From assembly GCA_964508765.1 (NCBI GenBank), contig CAZDVD010000004.1, forward strand, positions 66,784-130,783: 64,000 nucleotides of DNA, in the 5' to 3' direction. This document shows positions 19,559 through 28,551 of this stretch, piece after piece. How positions within the stretch are numbered: the stretch's first letter is position 1; every line of letters starts with the position of its first letter. The notes under the pieces were generated by a model, which saw nothing but the letters and a program-made list of their open reading frames with translations, was not told the DNA's origin and searched no databases. This DNA comes from an uncultured Lentisphaeria bacterium. Its GTDB lineage: Bacteria > Fidelibacterota > UBA8477 > JABMPR01. Position numbers and translations under genes: made by a program.

Positions 19559-21115
19559 TCAATAATCGTCGGTGATGTCTTTACCTTGTTTCTTACTGAT
19601 CACTCGGAATTCATCCATGTTTTTGGATTCATCCTCGACAATTTCAACTTTGATAAAATGCTGCCACTGAATAGAGCGGACCACATTTTTACGACCAGAT
19701 CTTAAAAATTTCGCCAATTCAGGATTGACCACCAGTTGAAGTCTAAATTCACGTTTCTTGGAATGAAAGCGACGGAACCAACCCTCAATCTGTGTGGTAA
19801 GGGCAGCTTTGGACATAATGCGACCCCGTCCCTTACAAACGGGACATTCCTCAGTAGCAGAAAGCAATAAGCTGAGACGAATGCGTTGGCGGGTCATTTC
19901 CAGGAGACCGAAATCGGAAATGTAACTTACAGCTACCTTAGCACGGTCTTTACGTAATTCACGTCGGAGTTCGTAATAGACTTTCTTCTTATTGTCCTCA
20001 CGGGACATGTCAATAAAGTCAATAACGATTAATCCACCCAGATCTCTGAGACGTAGTTGCTGAGCAATCGCTCTGGCAGATTCTAGATTGATCTTCACAG
20101 CATTGGCTTCATGGTCTTTGCGGCCAATAAATTTTCCTGAATTCACATCGATGGAAACCAGAGCTTCCGTCTGTTCAATAACGATAGAAGCGCCACTCTT
20201 CAGGCCCACTTTGCGAGACATGGAGATATCGATAGCCTTCTGGACATTATAGGCATCAAACATGGGCAATTTTTTATTGTAATGAATGAGTCGATCCAGC
20301 AATTGGGGAGCAGCCCCTTTGAGATAGCTGCTGGTTTGCTTGTACATAGATTTATTATCAGTGATGACACGCTGAACATCATTGGTAAAAAGATCCCGAA
20401 TAAGACTGGAGACCGTCTCCATGTCTTTATAGACAAGCACAGGACCAGGTTTGCTTTTTACCACCTTTTCCATGCGTTTGTAGGAGTCCATGAGGTTATT
20501 TAAATCAGCACCCAGGGCTTCATCATCTTTGCCTTCTGTAACCGTTCTGGCGATCAAACCAAAGCCTTCAGGTTTCAATTCCTGACAAGTACGTCTAAGG
20601 CGACGCCGCTCAAAATTGTTGTAAATTTTCCGCGAGATTCCAATAGAATTTGAATTCGGTACCAAAACCAGGAAACGACCTGGAAGGGAGATATTCGTTG
20701 TAACTCGAGCCCCTTTACCCATATAAGGTTCTTTGATAACCTGAACGAGAATCTGCTGTCCCGTCTTTAATTTTGGGGCATTGTGCCTTCTATGATCATG
20801 ACGTTGATTCTGATTTCTTGAACGACCACGCCCACCTTTGCGAGGTTTTTCATCCTCATCGTCCTCATCCTGATCCAGGAGAAAGGATTCACCTTCTACC
20901 TCAGAAAAGGGCAAAAATGCATTGGCTCCAATGCCAATATCAACAAAAGCCGCCTGCATACCAGGCAACACATTTTCAACAACGCCTTTGTAGATATTGC
21001 CAACAATCCTGATGTTTTCGGGTTTTTCAACATAAAGTTCTACGAGAACGTCATCCTCATGGATGGCAATCCGAGTTTCCTTATGTGTTTGGTTTATAAA
21101 GATGTCCTTCTTCAT
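19559..21115 (-). CDS. rng: Rne/Rng family ribonuclease (RNase G-like)
   Basis: 518 aa with an N-terminal S1 domain (IVGNIYKGVVENVLPGMQAAFVDIG) and the DNase I-like catalytic core. A basic/acidic insert (DEDDEDEKPRKGGRGRSRNQNQRHDHRRH) lies inside the S1 region. Confidence 0.85.
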   Translation of the reverse strand: MKKDIFINQTHKETRIAIHEDDVLVELYVEKPENIRIVGNIYKGVVENVLPGMQAAFVDIGIGANAFLPFSEVEGESFLLDQDEDDEDEKPRKGGRGRSRNQNQRHDHRRHNAPKLKTGQQILVQVIKEPYMGKGARVTTNISLPGRFLVLVPNSNSIGISRKIYNNFERRRLRRTCQELKPEGFGLIARTVTEGKDDEALGADLNNLMDSYKRMEKVVKSKPGPVLVYKDMETVSSLIRDLFTNDVQRVITDNKSMYKQTSSYLKGAAPQLLDRLIHYNKKLPMFDAYNVQKAIDISMSRKVGLKSGASIVIEQTEALVSIDVNSGKFIGRKDHEANAVKINLESARAIAQQLRLRDLGGLIVIDFIDMSREDNKKKVYYELRRELRKDRAKVAVSYISDFGLLEMTRQRIRLSLLLSATEECPVCKGRGRIMSKAALTTQIEGWFRRFHSKKREFRLQLVVNPELAKFLRSGRKNVVRSIQWQHFIKVEIVEDESKNMDEFRVISKKQGKDITDDY

Positions 21116-21635
21116 TTCAATTCCTTAGATATGAATTGAACCGGTAAAAGAAGAAGGTTGAGGCATTTACTCTCAACGGGGAGGTCATTCACTCTCCTTG
21201 AATGAACCTTTCACAAAATTTTTGTGGCGCTTACTCTACTTGAGCGGACTCTCTGTAGTCCTATTCTATCTGATCTTGCGCACTATCGATTCGGAATTTT
21301 TTCAGGAATCGATTAAATTCTTTTACCAATTCTGGTTTTAGCAGTCTTATGAGCTGCTATTAATTCAGGTGCATCAAAAGATGTTCACCTGTTTTGCAGT
21401 CGTAAAAAGCGTTCCCCTTGCTTGGGTCGAATTTTTATATAAGCGGGAACGTAATGACCTGACAGTAATCCTAGAATAAACAGATTTCAGAATATCCCAC
21501 CGATCTAAACCTCAATGTTTTTAGGTATGCCGGGGTTGTCTCTCAGAGACAAACATGGATAAACCGCTATACAGACGGGAGGTGTGGATCTGTTCAGGTT
21601 CTTTTTACAACGGTACTCACCGATCGTCCAACCAA

Positions 21636-24209
21636 TCACGCTGTGAAGTTCATGAAAACAGCTTCTCTTTGAACAGTGTGTATTGGTAGGCTTTCGATCG
21701 GAACTTCAAAAAACGCGGGGAGAAATTCGTTTAATCGGATTCCCTTCCCGTTTTGAACCAGAGTGATAACTTCGAGGCTATTACCCTTTATTTCAATAGA
21801 CTGGATATATACTTTTATATCCAGGGATATTACGCGCTGTTTTCGCTCGCGTTTAATATACACATTTTTCTTCTGTTCAAAGTTTTGTTTCAATTCCTCC
21901 AGAGACATTTCAGCAGGAATATCTTCCAGGTCAATTCTCTGTTTAATGGAGGAAATCTGACCCGTCACAGAATCTATTCTACCCTTGTGCCACGCCACTT
22001 CAAGCACAGCAACACCAGCAGGTAGATATTTATTTAAACCCTCAACGATTGAATCAACTTGGCGAAAGAGTAGAATATCCATGTATTCAGCTTCAGATGT
22101 GTAACCCAGTGGTAACGCTGGTCCACTGGATATTTTAGGACGGCTATTAAAACCCTGAGAAAAAACAACAGGTAAACCGGCTAGACTGATAGCTCGCATA
22201 AAGGAGTTCTGAACATCAAGATGACCGAGATAACTGGCCATGCCTGACTTTGAATATCTCAAGCGGGCAGTATGCACCGGTGTGGTGTTTAGCAGCTCGG
22301 GAAGGGGCTCTCTTTCAGGGGCAACATAGGGTTCTGGTTTGATAGTGGATTCACCTGCTGTACCATCTTTGACAACCCGCATAAAGAGTTCGTCGAAATC
22401 GCAAACACCACAAGCCAGACAGCCATCTCGACAATCAATAACGGTTGCTTCTTGATACGCATTCCGTTTTTCTCGACGTAGAAACTTTTTCAGGATGCCG
22501 TTATCCACAATATCCCAGGGTAGAATCTCTTGATCATCCCGGGCATCCAGATAATCCTGGTAATTAATACCTGCCGTTTCAAAGGCATTCATCCAGCGAT
22601 CATAGCGGAAGTAATCACCCCAGCTATCAAAGCGGGCACCTTCTCGCCATGCTTCATAGATGGCGGCAGCAACCTTTCGATCCCCCCTGGATAACACTCC
22701 CTCAATCTCGGAGTATTTCGGATCACGATAGGAAGCTTTCACATTTTTATGCTTCAAATTTTTCATCAGGAAATCAACCTTTTCCCGGATGACCTCCTTG
22801 CTGTCTTGTGCTTCCCATTGGAAGGGTGTTTCCGGTTTGGGAATGAAGGTGGACAGGGTCACATTAATTTTTATCCTACCGTACGGGTTGGACATTTTAC
22901 GGACATCATTGATGAGATCTACGATTCCCTGCAAATCAGCCTGTGTTTCTGTGGGCAGACCCAACATGAAATAGAACTTGAGTGTCTTCCAGCCCCCATC
23001 CAGAGCAATCTGTACCGATGAGTATAAATCTTCATCACTGATCACCTTGTTGATGACCCGGCGCATCCGCCACGTACCGGCTTCAGGAGCAAAGGTTAAA
23101 CCTGATTTGCGCTCCTCTGAAGCAATTGAAGCAATCTCTTTGGTAAATGTATCTAGGCGCATTGACGGAAATGAAACTGAGACCCGATTTTCTCTGAGAT
23201 AGGGTTTCATACCCTCAACCACTTCAGTCAGACCTGTATAGTCACTGGTAGATAGCGACAAGAGCGACATGTTTTTCTGACCAGTATTGGCTAGTGTGGT
23301 TTTGGCTGTCTCAATGAGTTCTTCGGGTTTACGCTCGCGAACAGGACGATATACCATGCCAGCATGACAGAAACGACATCCCTGTGTGCAGCCCCGCATG
23401 ACTTCCAGGGCAAACCAGTCCTGGGCTGTTTCAACAATGGGAACGATGGGCTTTGTGGGATAATTGGAGGCTTCCAAAACGGGGATTTTGGCGCTTTTCA
23501 CCCGATCAGGAGCTTTATCAAAATTTTTGGTGATGGCGATTAATTTACCCGAGGTATCCGTTTCAAAGTCATAGAACGCTGGCACATACACACCTTCAGG
23601 CATAGATGCCAGATCCTCCAGTATCTCACGCCGGGAGCGTTTTACTCGACGTCCTTCGCCAATACGGCGCACCAGTTCAACCACCAGTTCCTCGGCATCT
23701 CCAATGATCACAAGATCAAAAAAATCTGCCACGGGTTCTGGATTGTAGGCATTGGTTCCACCAGCAATAACAAAGGGATCTTCCTCATTCCTGTCTTTTG
23801 TCCAGATGGGGATATCAGATAAATCCAGCATGGTCAAAATGTTGGTGTAGAGAAGATCATAGGGTAGTGAAAACCCTACAATATCAAAGTCACGCAAATG
23901 ATGCTTGGTTTCAAGACTATGCATGGGCAAGCCATGCTCGCGCATAAGTCCTTCCATATCAGGCCAGGGTGCATAGACCCTTTCTGCTGCGATATCTGCT
24001 TCCCGATTCAGGATATGATACAGTATCTGGAAACCATTATATGGCATGGCTGTATCATAGACATCAGGAAAAGCTAAAGCGATACTTGCTCTAATTTTAT
24101 CCCAATCTTTGATGATAATGTTGTATTCGTTTCCCAGATATCGTCCGGGTTTGGCTACTTTGGGAAGTACCCGCGTATGTAAAATGTGTTCTATTTCTTT
24201 GGGTTGCAC
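21636..24209 (-). CDS. B12-binding radical SAM protein (TIGR03960-like) fused to a C-terminal DUF2344 (TIGR03936-like) domain
   Basis: 857 aa. The CxxxCxxC motif appears as MRGCTQGCRFCHAG, with an N-terminal B12-binding-like region before it. The C-terminal roughly 230 aa match the radical-SAM-linked DUF2344 family. Confidence 0.7.
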   Translation of the reverse strand: MQPKEIEHILHTRVLPKVAKPGRYLGNEYNIIIKDWDKIRASIALAFPDVYDTAMPYNGFQILYHILNREADIAAERVYAPWPDMEGLMREHGLPMHSLETKHHLRDFDIVGFSLPYDLLYTNILTMLDLSDIPIWTKDRNEEDPFVIAGGTNAYNPEPVADFFDLVIIGDAEELVVELVRRIGEGRRVKRSRREILEDLASMPEGVYVPAFYDFETDTSGKLIAITKNFDKAPDRVKSAKIPVLEASNYPTKPIVPIVETAQDWFALEVMRGCTQGCRFCHAGMVYRPVRERKPEELIETAKTTLANTGQKNMSLLSLSTSDYTGLTEVVEGMKPYLRENRVSVSFPSMRLDTFTKEIASIASEERKSGLTFAPEAGTWRMRRVINKVISDEDLYSSVQIALDGGWKTLKFYFMLGLPTETQADLQGIVDLINDVRKMSNPYGRIKINVTLSTFIPKPETPFQWEAQDSKEVIREKVDFLMKNLKHKNVKASYRDPKYSEIEGVLSRGDRKVAAAIYEAWREGARFDSWGDYFRYDRWMNAFETAGINYQDYLDARDDQEILPWDIVDNGILKKFLRREKRNAYQEATVIDCRDGCLACGVCDFDELFMRVVKDGTAGESTIKPEPYVAPEREPLPELLNTTPVHTARLRYSKSGMASYLGHLDVQNSFMRAISLAGLPVVFSQGFNSRPKISSGPALPLGYTSEAEYMDILLFRQVDSIVEGLNKYLPAGVAVLEVAWHKGRIDSVTGQISSIKQRIDLEDIPAEMSLEELKQNFEQKKNVYIKRERKQRVISLDIKVYIQSIEIKGNSLEVITLVQNGKGIRLNEFLPAFFEVPIESLPIHTVQREAVFMNFTA

Positions 24210-24377
24210 CCCAATGTTCCTTTCATCAGCTCCCAGCTAAGCCCGCGATTATAATGGTGTTTTATCAAGAAACCATCTTTTCGTGAACTTTCAAATTGCG
24301 GCCTCTCCCTTTTTACATTGAGCAAATCAGTACATTTATAGTTAAGTTTAGGCCTTAACTATAAACAGGAGGTAGTC

Positions 24378-24632
24378 ATGAATATGAGTGATGAAAAAAA
24401 GTGGGTTGAACTTCGGACTGTTGAAGGTGATATTACTGCTGAAATGCTTCGTGGTGCCCTTGAAAATGCTGATATCCCTTGCGAAATTAAACGCAGTATG
24501 CTGGCCTCTGGATTGGGTGCTCATTCTGTCTCCCTGGCAGGAAACCAAGCCACCCTTATGGTCCCTGAAGAAAATCTGGAAGCAGCCGAAGCCGTTTTGG
24601 AAGCCATCGATTTTGAACCAGGAGAAGAATAG
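24378..24632 (+). CDS. DUF2007 small protein (putative signal-transducing protein)
   Basis: 84 aa. The pattern WVELRTVEGDITAEMLRGALENADIPCEIK resembles DUF2007. Confidence 0.5.
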   Translation: MNMSDEKKWVELRTVEGDITAEMLRGALENADIPCEIKRSMLASGLGAHSVSLAGNQATLMVPEENLEAAEAVLEAIDFEPGEE

Positions 24633-24710
24633 GTTTCGATTAGCTCAAATCTAACTGCTCCCCACGGTTAGAGATGCAAATTATCCAAGAAATCAATTCT
24701 CACTGAGAAA

Positions 24711-25280
24711 CCCATGATTTCAATCATGGGCAGGTGTCCAGATCCAATAGCAACCGCAACCATTTTAATGGTTTATTAGTAGTTTATGGTTTTCCATTAA
24801 CCTTTCATATTCTTCTAAGAAGGTCATGGTTCGATGATGTTCTTGTTGATTCTGGATATAGTATTCGACCTTGCCCACAGCGGATTCACTTACTGAAAAT
24901 CCTCCATAACCTACTTGCCAGGCAAATTTAGCATGGATCATATCATTCTGATTTACCCAATGAAATGATTCACCTTTGATCGATTTCATTACTTGAGCAA
25001 TAGAAAGCTCCCTGGGCAACAAGAACAACGCATGGATGTGGTTACTTGTGCCGTTTATACTCCTTACCCCACAGCCTGTCTTCTCCATTTCTTGCTGGAT
25101 ATGTAAGAATAGTTCTTTTCGTATATCATCCTTTATCAATGACCTGCGCCCCTTGGTTCCAAATACGCTGTGTATCCATATCCTAGTTAGTGAGTGGCTC
25201 ATCTTGGTGTATCTCCTTTAAACCGTTGAAACGGTTTTCGTTTTTGGGGGCATATTTTACCCCACGATTAAAATCGTGGG
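24711..25280. mobile_element. IS200-like minimal element or RAYT unit bounded by near-identical hairpins
   Basis: The left hairpin CCCATGATTtcAATCATGGG (24711-24730) and right hairpin CCCACGATTaaAATCGTGGG (25261-25280) have the same architecture and differ by one compensatory pair. Additional hairpins AACCATTttAATGGTT (~24760) and AAACCGTTgAAACGGTTT (~25222) lie inside the element. Confidence 0.5.
24765..25202 (-). CDS. tnpA: IS200/IS605-family Y1 (HuH) transposase / REP-associated tyrosine transposase-like
   Basis: 145 aa. The HuH motif HIHALF is present and the overall TnpA_IS200 pattern fits, with YxxxQ in the C-terminal half (YYIQNQQEHH). Confidence 0.8.
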   Translation of the reverse strand: MSHSLTRIWIHSVFGTKGRRSLIKDDIRKELFLHIQQEMEKTGCGVRSINGTSNHIHALFLLPRELSIAQVMKSIKGESFHWVNQNDMIHAKFAWQVGYGGFSVSESAVGKVEYYIQNQQEHHRTMTFLEEYERLMENHKLLINH

Positions 25281-25537
25281 TAGCGATTCCCATTTATTAG
25301 TTATTCTGGAATTCCAAGCTATAAAGCTTGGTGTTCTAACCGTATTTTGCATGGAATGAGACTAAATTTGGGATTGTGGGTTAGCTAAGCCCTTAAAATA
25401 TAATCATGAAAGCCACCGTTTCAATTATGAGCTGATTATTCCCAAAAAACATACTTAAGAGCTTCCTTTTTTTCATGAAAGTGGTTTTACTCTGCATGCC
25501 CTTTTCAAAGTTGCCTGAACGATGTCCAATAAACGTC

Positions 25538-25566
25538 TTGACGTTATAGCGTCATAACGCTATTTT
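25538..25566 (+). promoter_or_regulatory. putative sigma70-type promoter with overlapping inverted repeats (candidate antitoxin operator)
   Basis: TTGACG (25538-25543), a 17-nt spacer, then TATTTT (25561-25566). The inverted repeats GACGttatagCGTC and AGCGTcataACGCT overlap the spacer. GGAGGA (25579) sits 9 nt before the ATG at 25594. Confidence 0.35.
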
Positions 25567-25593
25567 CACTCCCTATCTGGAGGAGAATAGCCT

Positions 25594-25827
25594 ATGAAAA
25601 AACTATCAACTCGGGCAACGGTTTATCTGGAGCCCACTATTCACAAAGCTTTGAAGTTAAAAGCAGTAGAGACATCCCTCTCTATTTCCCAGATTATCAA
25701 TGATGCCTTGCGTTCTGATTTATTTGAGGATGCAGAAGATCTGGAAACTTTTCAGAATCGAATTGATGAGCCCTCATTGGATTATGAGACTTTTGTTCAG
25801 GAATTGAAGCGAGATGGCATTCTATAA
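25594..25827 (+). CDS. type II antitoxin (ribbon-helix-helix, ParD/RelB-like)
   Basis: 77 aa, located immediately upstream of the RelE/ParE toxin and overlapping it by 14 bp. The N-terminal ATVYLEPTIHKALKLKAV resembles an RHH domain. Confidence 0.6.
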   Translation: MKKLSTRATVYLEPTIHKALKLKAVETSLSISQIINDALRSDLFEDAEDLETFQNRIDEPSLDYETFVQELKRDGIL

Positions 25828-26071
25828 GATTGAATTTAAAAAATCGGTCAAAAAGGATCTTAGACACCTTCCCAAAAATGATATTGTTAAAATTTTAGAC
25901 CGCATACATAGATTGTCCACCAACCCTAGACCTCAGCAATCAAGAAAATTGTCCAGCCAAGAAAAATATCGTTTACGGCATGGGAAATATCGGATCTTGT
26001 ATGAAATCCGAGACCAGTTATTGCTTATTACAATTGTAAAGGTTGGCCATAGAAAAAATATCTATCAATAG
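25814..26071 (+). CDS. RelE/ParE family toxin
   Basis: 85 aa. YKIEFKKSVKKDLRHLPKNDIVKILDRIHRL...RLRHGKYRILYEIRDQLLLITIVKVGHRKNIY is the classic RelE/ParE pattern. Confidence 0.75.
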   Translation: MAFYKIEFKKSVKKDLRHLPKNDIVKILDRIHRLSTNPRPQQSRKLSSQEKYRLRHGKYRILYEIRDQLLLITIVKVGHRKNIYQ

Positions 26072-26130
26072 GACTCAATTCTATATTGTATGGCTGATGC
26101 AGTGAACCCAAAGATGAAAGCGACCTAGTC

Positions 26131-27390
26131 ATGCCGCAAAAAGTACAACGTGTAAAAGGTGTCAATGACATACTCCCTGGTGAGACGAAACAATGGCAAG
26201 CCCTGGAATCAGTTGTGAAGCATGTCATGGATAGCTACGCTTTTGGTGAGATTCGTCTGCCCATTTTTGAAAAAACTGAGCTCTTCGCCCGGGGTGTTGG
26301 TGAAGATACTGATATTGTTTCCAAGGAAATGTATTCCTTTACGGATATGAGCAAATCATCTCTGACTTTGAGACCTGAGCTTACAGCAGGTGTTGTACGC
26401 AGCTATATTCAGAACAATCTCCAGCAGATTTCACCAGTACAAAAGCTTTGGTATGAGGGACCTATGTTCCGCCAGGAACGTCCCCAGAAAGGACGCTATC
26501 GTCAATTCTGGCAATTTGGGGCAGAAGCCATTGGTTCACCCAATCCTGAACAGGATGCCGAGATGATCGCCCTTTTTTATGCCATTCTCAAAGAGTTGGG
26601 TATTGAGAAATCAGTGACCCTTAAAATTAATAGTGTGGGTGATAGTGAAAGCCGGGCGATTTATCGTCATTCGCTACAGGAATATCTACGACCACAGCTC
26701 AGCTCACTTTCTGAAACCAGTCAGAAACGTTTTGAATCAAACCCACTACGAATTCTAGACAGCAAAGCACCCAATGACAAAGAGCTTGTGAAAGATGCTC
26801 CGAAAATTCGCGAATGTCTCAATGAAGCATCAGCAGCACATTATTCCGAAGTCCTGAAAATGCTTGAAGCCATGGACATACCTTATGTTCAAGACGACTT
26901 ATTGGTGCGTGGATTGGATTACTACACCCACACCATTTTTGAATTCACCAGTGATGCTCTCGGTGCACAGGATGCCATCTGTGGCGGTGGACGCTATAAC
27001 GATCTGGTCAAGGAGTTGGGTGGACAAGATGTACCTGCTATTGGCTGGGCCTCTGGCATTGAAAGGCTCCTTCTGGTTGTGGAAGCGTTACAACCTCTGA
27101 AAACCGATTCTGGATTGGACATTTTCCTTACTGTTCAGGGTGAGGCTCTGAGAGTTCAAGCACCAAAACTTATTAATGCATGGCGAAGCGCTGGATTGAA
27201 GTGTGACATGGACACCCTACGTCGAAGCATGAAGGCTCAGATGCGGGAAGCGAATCGTCAGAAAGCACGTTATGTGGCTATCCTCTGGGAAGAAGAATTT
27301 GGACAAGGCATCGTGCAGCTCAAGAATTTCGAAACGGGTGAGCAGGAAGCTGTTGCTTTTGATGATGTGGTCGATGTTGTCCAGGGATAG
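26131..27390 (+). CDS. hisS: histidine--tRNA ligase
   Basis: 419 aa with class II aaRS motifs and the HisRS-specific N-terminus RVKGVNDILPGE. Confidence 0.9.
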   Translation: MPQKVQRVKGVNDILPGETKQWQALESVVKHVMDSYAFGEIRLPIFEKTELFARGVGEDTDIVSKEMYSFTDMSKSSLTLRPELTAGVVRSYIQNNLQQISPVQKLWYEGPMFRQERPQKGRYRQFWQFGAEAIGSPNPEQDAEMIALFYAILKELGIEKSVTLKINSVGDSESRAIYRHSLQEYLRPQLSSLSETSQKRFESNPLRILDSKAPNDKELVKDAPKIRECLNEASAAHYSEVLKMLEAMDIPYVQDDLLVRGLDYYTHTIFEFTSDALGAQDAICGGGRYNDLVKELGGQDVPAIGWASGIERLLLVVEALQPLKTDSGLDIFLTVQGEALRVQAPKLINAWRSAGLKCDMDTLRRSMKAQMREANRQKARYVAILWEEEFGQGIVQLKNFETGEQEAVAFDDVVDVVQG

Positions 27391-27397
27391 CAACATC

Positions 27398-27535
27398 ACG
27401 TCTTTGCGAGGAGCCCTTCGACTGCGCTCAGGACAGGCTCCGCGACGAAGCAATCTCGGATTCGAGATCGCCGCGCTTCCTCAACTCTTCGAGTTGATTC
27501 GCTCGCGATGACAATTCTCTTTTTTATGTGTGAGA
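27398..27535. repeat. intergenic inverted-repeat element ('LRFARND'-type extragenic repeat), copy A
   Basis: It shares GCAATCTC..ATTCGAGATCGCCGC and ATAGCAACATC with copy B at ~32540-32770. Its termini GTCTTTGCGAGGAG and TCGCTCGCGATGACA are mutual reverse complements. Confidence 0.5.
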
Positions 27536-27567
27536 ATAAAATTCTGCTATCCAAGGAAGGTCTGTAA

Positions 27568-28326
27568 ATGTCGTCACTCCCCTCACTTCTAACCAACGCC
27601 CAAACCGCCAGCTACCGGGCTCTCAAACGCTCTAAATTCCGCAAGCAGGAAGGTCTTTTCTTGTTAGAGGGTGCCAGGCTTTGCGAAGAAACCCTTCAGT
27701 CAGACCTGGAGATCATTGCCTGTATTACCTCCAAGAATTTTGATAAATTTCCGATTCCTTCTGATGTAAAGCACTTCGAGGCAACTCCAGTTCAAATCGA
27801 ACAAATTTCAGATAGCAAAAGTCCCCAGGGAATCATTTGTGTGGCTCGCATTCCTGGGGTTCAGACAGAACCTGACTTGGAAAATACGAAAATCCTCCTG
27901 GTACTAGATCGTATCTCTGATCCAGGCAATATGGGTACCATTTTCAGGTCAGGTCGATGGTTTGGAGTCACGGATATCCTCCTGGGACCGGAATGCGTGG
28001 ATCCCTTTAGTCCAAAAGTAGTACGAGGCAGTATGGGAGCCGTCGCCACTCTGAATTTACACACATCCAGCGATCTCTTATCAAGTGCTGAGGAATGGAA
28101 TGTCGCTGGAGGTGAGGTTGCCGCTTTGCATATGCAGGGCACTGCCATACAAACCTTCAAGCCAGGCAAGCCCCTCTTTCTTATTGTGGGTTCTGAGGCT
28201 CATGGCGTTGATCAGAATCTACTTCAAATATCGACACTCCTCTCCATAGAGAAACCTGGTGCAGGTGAATCACTCAATGCTGCCATGGCTACAGGTATTG
28301 CTCTATTTGAGCTCACCAAACCCTAG
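27568..28326 (+). CDS. TrmH/SpoU family RNA 2'-O-methyltransferase (RlmB-like)
   Basis: 252 aa with the SpoU motifs LVLDRISDPGNMGTIFRS and IVGSEAHGV...SLNAAMATGIALFE. The SD AAGGAAGG precedes the ATG. Confidence 0.8.
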   Translation: MSSLPSLLTNAQTASYRALKRSKFRKQEGLFLLEGARLCEETLQSDLEIIACITSKNFDKFPIPSDVKHFEATPVQIEQISDSKSPQGIICVARIPGVQTEPDLENTKILLVLDRISDPGNMGTIFRSGRWFGVTDILLGPECVDPFSPKVVRGSMGAVATLNLHTSSDLLSSAEEWNVAGGEVAALHMQGTAIQTFKPGKPLFLIVGSEAHGVDQNLLQISTLLSIEKPGAGESLNAAMATGIALFELTKP

Positions 28327-28551
28327 CTGCTCGTCATCACCAACTTAAAGGCATCCAGGAACATCGTCTTGGTATCAGTCTTCAACCCATATATATTGCT
28401 TGGCCTTACCCTGATGGGTGAGGGAAAGCATTGAAAATTACAAAGATGAAGCCGGTGGGAGACATTACCTAATTCCAATAAATGGTAGCGGCTAAATTTG
28501 ATTATAAAATTGACCGTGTGATCAACACATTGAACTGAAAAAGGATCAACA

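Noticed and set aside
27217-27596. ORFs 27217-27453 (-), 27272-27511 (+) and 27396-27596 (-), plus 32553-32777 (+)
   Set aside because: They overlap the intergenic inverted-repeat elements. The peptides are 'text-like' translations of the repeat (e.g. RSGQAPRRSNLGFEIAALP) and are not credible proteins.
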